A stretch of 64,000 nucleotides of DNA from Podospora anserina (Eukaryota). The translations under genes were made by a program, and so were the position numbers. Under the pieces are notes generated by a model. That model was not told the origin of the DNA. It saw nothing but the letters and a program-made list of their open reading frames with translations, and ran no database searches. Below, one piece after another: positions 24,206 through 35,327 of this stretch; the first letter of the stretch is position 1, and every line of letters begins with the position of its first letter. The DNA lies in NCBI GenBank assembly GCA_017654855.1, contig CM030332.1:2046001-2110000 (forward strand), read 5' to 3'.

Positions 24206-27200
24206 TTTGCATTCTTTCGTCTTTTCCCCCAGCAATGACAAGACGTCCGCCCCGGGGTTGCCGAAGAGTGGCGTCCAAAACGTGACTTGACATGAGGTCA
24301 CATAAGGTTCGCTGCCACAAATCACAGGATTGCTGTATGGCCTCCTGCAGAACGCCAGGAACGCCGAGGACGCCCCCACTGTCACCATCAGCAAACACCA
24401 AAAGTCCCACGGACAGCAAACTCGAATCGTGACCGGCGCTCTGCATACTTGGCTCTTTGTTTACCGGCATACATACACATGCTGCCGGTCGTTTGATGAA
24501 GACTAGAGCATGCAAAGAGGATGCGGCCACTGTGACACAACATCATGCCCCCGAGACGGCCACCGAAGGGCCCCACATCCGACAGCTGAAGTCCGACTCT
24601 CGGGAGCCCGAGTGGTGCCGTCGTGGAGCGGTGAGGGTGGTCTGCTACTTTTCGTGGAAATGCCTGCCTGCTTTTCTCCATGCGCTTCCTGCGACTTCCT
24701 GGCCGCCCTATGCGTCTTTCCACCGGTCAAGTCGGCATGTCGCAGCTCAATCACCTGAATTTCTCCTAGCGGATGCAACCTGTCAAAACCTCCTTGCCTC
24801 AGCTCTGCAACACTCACGACACCACGGCGCATATTCCGCTCCTGGAATGGAAGAAGCAAAGAGTGGATGGACACTTGGGGATTTACGGAGGCGCCTCCGA
24901 TGGGCGCGGGGCGTGCCAAGCCAGATGTGTGGCTTGCAGAGAGCCGATTGGCGAATCCTCGGCCGTCTGGGCAAGAATTCGCAGAAGCAATTCCGAACGT
25001 CTTCCCGTCTTGGCAGATGCTTACCAACCTTGGCATCGAGACGATCTGTCTCCTCTTTTGACCTCTGCCAAGTGTCTGTTATCAGAACCCCCCCCTGAAG
25101 AGCAGGCAGTCCATTCTAATTTCTCCATCTCAGCAGACACGTGGGCGAGGTCGCAGGGAGGCAGTCCTACCGGGCACTTGCCTCATGGCCATGTCTTCCG
25201 CCGGAAGCAAAGGTAGAGTCTCGCATTAGTCTGCCCATTGTTGCTCATCGACAATCTCCCGGCAAGCCCACGTCCACGAGGGGGGGTGCTGGTTGCGCTC
25301 TGATGGTTGGACAGGTGTAGCAAGGATTTGAGGTTAACCACGGCTTCAAAGAGCAACTGCGGGGAACTCATTTCCTAGAGATTCACTCAGTCTCCCGTCC
25401 AGAACAATAGGACACCCACTCCATATTCAGACGTGATGCTAGGATGAAGCCTCTCGGAGTCGCCGTGGTAGGTCACCCACATCCAAAGCATACAGCGCGC
25501 TATGCCAGCGCAGGTATAGTTATTTTGCCGTTCTCTTGTTGGTCCTTTCTACCAATCTACTTCATGCTGTTGGCCAATAGGCCTTTGTTGTCGACTGGTG
25601 GCTGCTTACCGTAGTCTGGTCTGGAAAATGGCCACACTGAACAATGGAACCGACCCAAGGTATCCAGGTAGCTACCTCACCTTGGTACGGTGCTGAGGTA
25701 AAAGACATGCAGAAGCATGCGGGGTATAGACTCGGTGGCTGAACTCTTGTCCAGCTCCAATTTTCTTCCCGGTAAGCTATCGGAGCCGGTTCCTGGGGAC
25801 CTGGGCGCAATGTGAGTCTGGTGAAAGCTGACAAGATGGAGAGACAGCAGCTTCCCATAGACGGCGCTGGATCTGGGTCACGACCGCTTTATCTCCGGAA
25901 CTCTCAAGTACGTGCTGGGGCAGCCTACCGTGGTAAAGGCCGTAAAAGGCTCTGCGAGTGGGCATGTCTTGATTCTCAGTAAGGGGAAACTGGTGGGAGC
26001 CAAAATCTTGTGACACAGTACCTTGATCTGTCTTGCTGGGAACCGGTCGAGTGAGACACTATGACGCCCAGTCAAGGTCCAGGGTCGCGCTATCTTTGGA
26101 ACTCGTCAATCTGGCATGCGTGTGATTACCGCTGCGAACTCGGGTGCCCCAGGAGGCGTCGATATTAGGGTATTGGCCGGCCCCAGGTAGCTCCCAGAGA
26201 ACCAGAAGCAATATATGACCATGATATTCGGAGAAGCTACAAGCATCACCGCTTCGGAAAGACACACAAGTTAATTTACGATCCCTGCTCTGTGGCCGCC
26301 TGACGACGCTTCCAACGGTTCTAGAAACCTTCACCTCGTAGGCCAATGGCCGAATTCTCGGCGTTCGGATGCTGTGTCTCGTTCACTGGAAGCCGGCAAA
26401 GAGAGCGGGGGCGTGGAAAGGCGCTTTCGGGCATGGGCTCTTGGTCCTGCAGCTGCATCAGAGGTTTGGAGACACACTTCGGGGTCGTTCTAAGTCGCTC
26501 TGCTTCTCAACAAGAGGGGAGGGGGGCGCGGTCTATTGGACTTGGCTGTTCGGGAACATGCGCAGACGAAAGGACTGACTGGCAGGGATACCGAGAAAGC
26601 CAGCTTCGTCCATGCCGGGAGCCAGTATATTGAGGTTTGCGATATCCCTGTCGCTGGTTCTCAGTGGAGAAACACGGACGGGCAGTGGTGTCCTGTGGAG
26701 GGTGGCATCCGTCCGTGGCGTCTGGTGCCAGCGCCATACATATAACATGCTTCAGCAGTTGAAAGCCTCCTCCGCAACTCAATTCCGGTCATGCATCGTT
26801 GTCTCGACGGTATAGCGGCATCCCCCAGGCTCCACGAGGTGACAGATCGACCAATTGCGTGTTAACGAACCAGCGGCTCGCTTGCCATCCAACACCACCA
26901 CACCTTGATAACACCCACGTAGCATTTCCTGCACGCCAAACACCACCCTCTCTGCACCTTCTGCTTACAGAGACACGCTGGGATTGGTCGTTTGTGGCCT
27001 CACTTCCCGACAGAAGACCCGGAACAAAGATCCTTTTCGATATTCGGGAGTGCATCGCGCTGATCGCCCGCTCGGTGATATCGGTGTGGCCCCCGCATCC
27101 AATAGAGCGGACAATACGTCAACGAATAACGGTCAAGTGACTGGAAGAGGAAGTTGAGACTGACGCCTTCACTCCACACCACCAGAATCTGTTTTCTGCT

Positions 27201-27542
27201 GGGGGAAAAAAATGGACACCATGGGTTCGTGACTTCCCCCCCTCACTTCTCCGCCGTCTGGCTTTGAACATTAAATACACAACTCCCATCCCGCACCATC
27301 CAAGCAATTGATTCCCGCTCGTTCCTCTTCTTCATGATTCATTGCCCTCCCACCATCAACGGTAGCGTACTTTTCAAGCACCGTTGCTCAAAGCCCGGCT
27401 GAATCCCGTCTTTCCGGTCCACTGGACCGTCGTTTCAAATCAAACTTGATAGTTTGTGTCGGCTAACACAATCTGGGCTCTCACAGCAGCCAACGACATC
27501 GTCACATCAAAAGAAAGGCTAGTCCTGGAGCAGATGATTAGC

Positions 27543-29205
27543 ATGAGTGACGACAGAGAGAAAGACTCCATCAGCGAGGCTCAGCGAAGCCACGACGAAG
27601 GAATGGAGTTTCCAGAAGATCCAGACGCCCATCTCACGGCGGCCGAGAAGGCCGAAGTGGTAAGAATTGACTTGAGTCATGTATTTTCAAGTCAATTTAG
27701 CGCTAACAACCATCATACAGGACCGCAAGTTACTCTGGAAGCTAGATAAGAAGCTGATGCCATGGGTAACTCCATTGTCACTCCTTCACTCGGCCTTGAA
27801 CAAGACTAACCGCAATTTCAGCTTTGTTTCCTTTACCTCCTCGCCTTTCTCGACAGAACGAACATTGGCAATGCCAAAATCGCCGGTCTCTCTGAAGACC
27901 TCGGCCTCACCATCTCGTCTTACAATGCCACCCTCACCATCTTTTTTGTGTCGTACGCCGTCTTTGAACCCATCACCAATATCATGCTAAAACGATACCG
28001 GCCCTCGGTCTTCATCCCCATCATCATGTGAGTCCCGGTCAAATCTACTTCTTTGTACCACTCTGACAATCAATATCAGGGTGCTCTGGGGCGCAAGCAT
28101 GCTAGGAATGGGCTTCGTCAAAAACTGGTCCGGCCTCATGTGCGCCCGCTGGTTCCTCGGCCTCACTGAAGCGGGCCTCTTCCCCGGCGTGAATTACTAC
28201 CTCTCGTGCTGGTACAAGCGTTCTGAATTTGGCCTGCGCGCTGCCGTCTTCTTCTCGGCAGCTGCCTTGTCCGGCTCGTTCGGTGGTTTACTCGCTGCTG
28301 CCATCGAAAATATGCACGGCATCGCTGGCCTCCCAGGCTGGGCCTGGATTTTCATTCTGGAGGGCCTCCTTACCATCATCGTCGGTATCATGTCCTTCTG
28401 GCTAGTCTACGACTTTCCCACCGAAGCCAAGTTCTTGTCTGAAGTTGACAGAGCGAGAGTTGTCAGGAGGCTAAAGTTTGACAAGCAGAGCTCGGCGGAG
28501 AATGAAAAGTACACCAACAGTGCGCTGTGGGAGAGTCTGAAGGATTGGAAGATGTGGCTCGGGATGGTGATTTACATGGGGTGTGACATGCCGCTTTACG
28601 CGTTTTCTCTGTTCCTGCCGACGATTATCAGCGATATGGGTTGGAACACGTCTGTCATTCGAGCGCAGCTTATGAGCGTGCCCCCGTATGCAGCAGCTGC
28701 TATCCTGACGGTTGTTATCGGTTTCATCGCCGACAGGACAAGACAGAGAGGCCTCTGCAACATTCTGGTCTCAGTCTTGGGGGTGGCGGGGTTCGCAATG
28801 TTACTGGCGAGCGAGGATGCAGCGGTCAAGTATGTCGGCACGTTTCTCGGAGCGTTGGGGATCTACCCTTGCATATCGAACACTATCTCGTGGATGGCAA
28901 ACAACACCGAGGGGGTTTACAAGAGGGGGGTGGTGATGGGGTTTGTGATTGGGTGGGGAAATCTGAACGGGGTAGTGAGCAGTAATATCTTCTTCAACGG
29001 GCCGAGATTTGTGGAGGGACACGCGGTAATTATTGCGTACATGGCGGTCTTCCTCTTTGGGGGGTCGGTGTTGATGACGGTGCTGTTGAGGAGGGAGAAT
29101 GCGAAACGGTTGAGGGGGAAGAGGGATTATCTGGTGGAGGGCATGAGCGAGAAGGAGATGGAGAGATTAGGAGACAGGAGGCCGGATTTTATTTATACGG
29201 TTTGA
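27543..29205 (+). CDS. MFS transporter, anion:cation symporter (Dal5/Tna1-like); exons ~27543-27659, 27721-27764, 27822-28027, 28080-29205
   Basis: DRKLLWKLD, LAFLDRTNIGNAKI, ARWFLGLTEAGLFPG, WYKRSE, WIFILEG, LMSVPPY and terminal GDRRPDFIYTV. Alternative in-frame ATG at 27534. Confidence 0.92.
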
Positions 29206-32200
29206 GGAGGTTGAATGAAGGGAGGGAGAGGGAGAGGTGGAAGACGATGAAGATACCATTTTGCTGTTTTTTTTTTTTTTTGGTTGCTGGTAGGCATTGC
29301 CTGTTGTGTCTTGAGGCTTCAACACCTTTCACCGCACATTCGAACTATTTTGGGCCTTTTTATCTGGTATTATTTCTCCGCGGCAGTAAAAAAATGGAGT
29401 GGTTCTTTTTTTGTTCGCTCTGTCTTTTTATTTTATTTTACATTTTTATACATGAGCAATCATGGCACAACCACCATCTATCTTTATGGACTCCCCCCCC
29501 CCCTCTCTCTCTCTCTCTGCACATGTGAAGTGAAGTCTGCTTGACTGACGCTACGCAGATTGCAGTCACAGGTCACAGTCACACGGTCCACAGTCATGAG
29601 CTGAGAGGGTGTGGTGGTCCTGTATCCAGACGGGGAAAATTGGAGGCATCACATGTGGATGTGAATCCCTCAGTTTGGAGAGGGACGGTAACGTCGGAAA
29701 GCACGACATGTGGTTTCCCACTGGCTAGTTGTACAGAGGGCATGTGTAGGACAGGTTGGGAGAAAGAGGTTTCGGTTCGGGAAGAACTCAGGTACTCAGG
29801 TTGGCCGAGAGAGTGACGGTAGGAAACATGGCGGGAGAATAGGTGCACATGTTAGCTGTACCCAAGGTGATTGCTTGGTTGCGGTATGGCTTTGGTGGTG
29901 TGAATTCTGGGAGGTGTTGTAAACTTCTCTTCACTCTAGAACAAGAAAGTCGCATTGGTCCTCATGGAATGTATGGTTTGATAGGATACAATCTACCCAG
30001 CATCCAGGTGTGGGTTTGTTCAGTGTGCGGAGGATTACTCCTGACGGGAGACCATCAGATTTGAGGGGTAACAGCTTGCCATGGCTAGTAGTACAGTCTT
30101 GAGAGTACTACTGCCCAACCTGAGGAGACAGCTTGCTTAGCCCGTTTTGTAAATAAAGAGGCTCGCGGCCCGGTCGAAAGGAGACAGCCTGTGAATGACG
30201 TCTGCCAAAAAAAGGTGAGCTGCTTTCTGTTGTGCCCGTCCTCCGCATACGGCGGCACCTACAACTGCCTCGGCTCCTCCGTCGGTCTTATGCGTGCGCA
30301 TGCCAGAAGAGTGGTGTTTGTTCAATGTCTCTTTCTGATATCGTACAGCCGTCGTTGCCGTCGGTTTGGGCCGTTGTTGGACCTGGTGGTCGGCGGGAAA
30401 AGGGGTAAGGAAGAAAATGCCGAGCTTGCCGACGGCATGGAATAGGTACCTGGTAGGAAAACGGTAGCGCCAGGCCAAGAGCTGAACTTTCGACCTGTCC
30501 GTCGGGCGAACACGCGTGTTGTCTCGGGGTTTGCAGCCAAGGTGAATACGTCAAAAAGGCGCAGCTGCGGTTCTCGCTATCGAGACGCAGTCGAACGGGT
30601 GCCTATGGTAGGTAGCTACACGGACAGTAAGAGTTGCATTTGCTGCTCAGGCTGGCTGCCCGACTGCCAGGAAGCAAGGATGGGGGCGGTCGTTTCAGGG
30701 GTAATTGTAACGTCTCTGACCTTTTTGACTAAGATCAAAGACCACAAAGCTCGAGCGCCGGGCACAGCAGCGACATTGTGCGTTGACAAGCGGGCTCGGT
30801 GACACTGGACTTGCCGGGAAGACGGGCAGGAGGGCGATTCAGCGGAGTCTGTTGACGCTCTGTGGCAGAGCGCGGACATGGGACTGCCATGATGGTTTGT
30901 GTTGCTGGTTCAGAGGCAGGTCTTGGGTGCTGCTCAATCGTGTCTGGCGAGGTTGCAGTTTGGTGTACCCTGCTGTGTGCTGTGTTACCGTGGCCATCCC
31001 ACGATGTCCCTTGGCCTTGGTTGCCCGGACTGGTGCCTTTCGGCGGTCCTCTTCTGAGGGGCACAAATGTCCAGGACGTCTCTGTATGGCGAGTATATGT
31101 CTCAACATCCAGCGACGTTTGTGTCACCGCGCAAGAAGTTGCAAAAATAAAATAAAAAATCATGAAAAGGAAACAAAGACGGAATACGGGCTGCGTGCCA
31201 AGGGAGGCCCAGTTTGAAATGTGTCGGCCTTTGATTGTGTTTGGTGCCCGATCAGTGCTTGCCTTTCGAGGCCCCCACGTTTGAAGTGTAGTGCTCTCTG
31301 CAAGGCTCACTTCGGATGAGGCACCGTTGACACGCGTTGTCCACAGGAAGTTGTTGTCAAGGCTGGCCAGGTTTGAGATTTTCTGCTGTCCTGACACCTG
31401 ATTGACTGCTCGAGATGCATGCTGAGATCACCAAGCCAGACACAGACGATTAATGGTCGATGACGGGCGGGAGAGTGCTGCGGAGGAGTGCTTGTCCCTG
31501 CAGATAGCTGCAGGCTGCAGGACCGGCAGCAGCCACACCACCTGAGCCCCTTTCTCACCGATGCCCGACGGGGGAGATGGTCCTGGTGGTCTTCATTCCG
31601 GTGACTTGAGGTAGGAGCCAGGTAGGTAGGTATCATCAAATGATAACCTCGCCTGCATATTCTGACCGACCCGAGATTCAGCGGCATGGCTCGATCGGCA
31701 CAGTTGGTGAGCTGATTCTGGGTGCCGCACCACATACATATCAATATGCGTAGGGAATGCCATTGGTGTCGGATGAAAATAGGATTCACCGTCCAACGCC
31801 TCTACAACGTCTCCCTGCTGCCGGGCGCAGCTGGGGGTGTTTGATGCAGAACGAGCTGACGAATAAGACGATGGCCTTTCATGAGTCACGAGATTTCAAA
31901 GCAGCGCACAGGCACAAGGCAAGAAAGAAGGCGGCCAAAATGGAACCGTTCCGGAAGGGCTTCACCGCTGCTGTAATCCCAGAGGACCCTGGTCAGTCCT
32001 TCACATCGACTGCCACTTTGGACCATATTCATCATCACCTCGACAGTGGATTGGCTGCCGCCGTTGAAGTAAATCGAAGCCATTGGCTGGACCAAAGTGC
32101 AAGAAGAGGCACTCCTGCTGCCAGACCGGACAACTGTGTGGGACCTGACAGCTGCGTCGGGCTATGAGAGCACTCACCAGACCAGGGCATCATTGTAAGA

Positions 32201-32487
32201 TTCAACTACTCCTTCCCTTTCCCTCAGGTAGTGCACCTTTCTTCCTACCTTCTTGTCAGAAGGTTCAGCCATAAGAACCCACAAGAATCGGAACTCAAAC
32301 GTACCATTAAAAACCCCTCAGTCTTCTCCTCTATTCCCAAATTCTCTCCCCTCTTCACTCTTTTCCAACCACAAACAAATCAATCACCACTTCAACTGTA
32401 TCATATCACTCTTCAGAGTATACTACAGGCATCCTTCATCACCTCTCTGGCAGCAGCATCACGGCATATCAAATCATAATTCTCAAA

Positions 32488-32768
32488 ATGCCGTCCTCCA
32501 ATTTCAGCAGCTCCTCTTCATCCACCGCTGCCGGCGAGAAATCTCGGATTCCTCCCGACTACGAGTGGAAGTACCACAGCGGTCATGAGTCCAGTCGCCT
32601 CTGTTCCTGCAAGACTTGGTGTGTCACTCAGTCCCCTTCCGTCATTGATCTCCTTTTCAATGTCGACAGGACAGTTGCTAATATCTTTGATTTTGACACG
32701 ATAGCTCCTGTGGTGCTGCTGTCCCCTACGCCGGCGACCTCTGTGACGACTGCTCCAAGCCACACTAG
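32488..32768 (+). CDS. 64-aa Cys/His-rich microprotein; exons 32488-32618, 32705-32768
   Basis: AAAATG start after a CA-rich leader and an 86-nt intron GTGTGT..GCTAAT..TAG. Product: MPSSNFSSSSSSTAAGEKSRIPPDYEWKYHSGHESSRLCSCKTCSCGAAVPYAGDLCDDCSKPH. Confidence 0.72.
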
Positions 32769-33331
32769 GACAGACGTGTTCTTTGGTTGATTTTGGGAGG
32801 GCCGTCTTGGTGTCGGATAGGTAGACTCTGTGGGAGGCCTGTTATGTTCTGAGATGGGTGTTGGTGTTCTTTCTGTGGACTCTGTGTCTGGATTCAAGCA
32901 GCTGGTGCCTCTGATAGGACCGGAGAAGGAGTTGCTTTAACATGTTTTGGTTCGTCACTTTCAGTCCATCATCTCTTCCAGAGGTTGGCCTAGTGTGAGC
33001 TGGTGTGACTGACACTCCTTGACACAGCACCATTCGTCCAAGCAATGTACCTTTACTCGGTTTCTTTCTCTCTGCTTTCCCCACGCCGGTACTTCATTCC
33101 CGACACGCCTCTCGGCCCTGGGACCACGAGGCCGGATCCTATTCTTATATCTCCACAACGAGCAGACGGTAACCCATTATCGCGACCGCTACTCCTATAC
33201 CAGTCCGGTCCTGTCCTCCCCGGATTTCCAGAGACTTGACATCGGCACCCAAACAACCAGTACTGGGTCTTTGCCAGCTCCTTCTCCTTTCGAGCCCCTT
33301 CTGCCTTGCGACACTTTGGGCGGTCATCCTC

Positions 33332-33385
33332 CGCTCCTCTCCAGAACAGCACCTCCACCGCTCCTCTCCGGAACATCACCTCCAC
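33332..33385. repeat. Two tandem 27-bp copies
   Basis: CGCTCCTCTCCAGAACAGCACCTCCAC followed by CGCTCCTCTCCGGAACATCACCTCCAC. Confidence 0.8.
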
Positions 33386-33778
33386 CGCCTTGACAACCAT
33401 GTCCCAGTCAAGTCGTCATGGGGTGCCACAACGAACTCGTTGCAGTCAACTTCCAGTGCCTGGTTCCGTCGGCAGAGGACTGGGTGCGTGTCGCGGGTTC
33501 CCTCTGGCCTAGGATCTCGTCGGTACTATCCTTGGAACGAGGATCTCAAACCAGCCAGATTGCCCTCATGAAATCACTTTTCTGAAGAAAGGAGTATTAT
33601 GGGTTGGCAACGAAGGTGTGGGTAAAGTTGATGATATCGGTGATGTATGGGAGAAAGACAGAAAGGAAAAGACTGTGGCCCAGGTTGCACCCTTCGAATC
33701 ATTTTTCTGTATCAATACACATTGTACCATTATATATTGATCCAGTCCGTCTAGACGTGCCTAGTTTGTTGTGAGCGT

Positions 33779-34463
33779 TTACCAATCCCCACCGCCCCCC
33801 GAATAATCAATTCCATTATACGCCAATGCATCTGCACTTCCCTCTCCCTTGTCCTTGACCACGTGCGTGAGAGCAGCATCCATGAGCCTCTGCCTCACCT
33901 CCTCGGGCGTATGAGCCCCATAGACCATCATGAAATACGCCGCCAACCTAGCAACATGCAGAGCAGCCATGCTCGTCCCGCTCATCACCGCACTGGCATG
34001 ATTATCTCCAAACCCAGCCGACATGACGTCCACCCCGGGAGCAAAGATATCAACCCCCTTCCCATAACTGGAAAACCCAGCTCTGGTACCATTCTGGTCC
34101 GTGGCCGCAACAGTAATCGCATCAGGACACAAAGCAGGCGAGAGATGCTCTGTCAAGTTATTATCATTCCCTGCGGAGTTGAAGCGATCTGGGTGGTCGG
34201 GTGGGACGGTGAAGTTAGGCCCAAAACAGACTTTGGACTTTGTAGAATTGGAAGGGGAGGAGTCCTGGTTGGGCTGGAAGTGGGAGAGGCGGGATTGGCC
34301 CCAGTTTTGGGCTGGTTGGACGTTGGTTTTGAGGTTGAAATGGGGGGCTTTTGGGGGTGGCTCATTGGTGTTGCTGTCTCTTTTGGAGTTGGTCGGCGCG
34401 AGGAGATTGAAGATGGTATTGGCTTGGGTGGTGACTTGGGCGTTGGGTTCAACGCGCTTGATC

Positions 34464-34495
<32 letters not shown>

Positions 34496-34801
34496 CAGTA
34501 GAGCTCTTGATGGTTGGAAATGAGCAAGCTGTCTCACAAAGTCCAGCTGCTTTAGCTGCTCAACGTGCTCGGGGTCAAGGTGTCCATGGAAGGCTCGAAA
34601 CCCGGACCCGATGTTGAAGTGCCGGATGACACCGGCGTATTGATTGGCGGCTGTTGAGAATTTTTGCGCCGTGGCGTGAATACCCACGGTATGGGCAAGA
34701 AACTGCTCATGAGAGAGATCAGGGCCGTCGTGGAATTGGACCGAGTACTCATTCGCGAGCGACTTTTGGGTATTGGGGTTGGAAGGGGAGTGAGAAGACA
34801 T
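33779..34801 (-). pseudogene. Degenerate S8 subtilisin (proteinase K-like) with I9 propeptide; catalytic Asp and His segments missing; probable intron 34537-34463
   Basis: I9-like N-terminus, NWGQSRLS, SAGND, SPA, FSSYG..VDIFAPG and SGTSMA are present. There is no DTG or HGTH motif and no signal peptide. Confidence 0.75.
34465..34493. repeat. (GTT/AAC)n microsatellite, about 10 units
   Basis: Seen directly; it sits at the 3' end of the subtilisin intron. Confidence 0.9.
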
Positions 34802-35327
34802 CCGTCAGTAGGATGAGGCTTGAAGTGAGTGACCTCAATGTTGGAGTCATGTTGCCGAGACGTAAACAAATTAGCAGTCGAAGACGAACAAAACAAATCT
34901 CGATGTTGATGAGAAATGGGTAGTGATATGTCCCAGAACAGATGCCTAAATACAATGAAGTCGAAGGCAACCGTGGTCGTTACGTGGAAGGGGTTGCATG
35001 AGCACGCAGATGATGTTGCCTTTAAGAGCTGGACAGGTATCCCAGCAAACGGAGGTTGTATTCATCCCACTGGGAACAGTAGCCACGCACTTGTCATAAA
35101 ACATCATCTCAAGATCTTGAAACAATTGTCATTCTTCATAAGGCATCAATCCAAGGTATCTAAACAACAATAAGCACGTAACCCCATTCCAAACTCCAGC
35201 TCCTCTGACTGACCGGTCAGGCGTCTACATCCTGAGGCCACCAATCGGTCAGTGACCATCCGTCATTGTCCAAACCCATTAATCACCGGAATTACTAGAA
35301 AATAGCTCCTCGAATGACCCATGTTGA

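Noticed and set aside
24388-27200. Overlapping ORFs up to 213 aa
   Set aside because: Arg/Ser/Cys-rich composition typical of non-coding frames; no domain seen.
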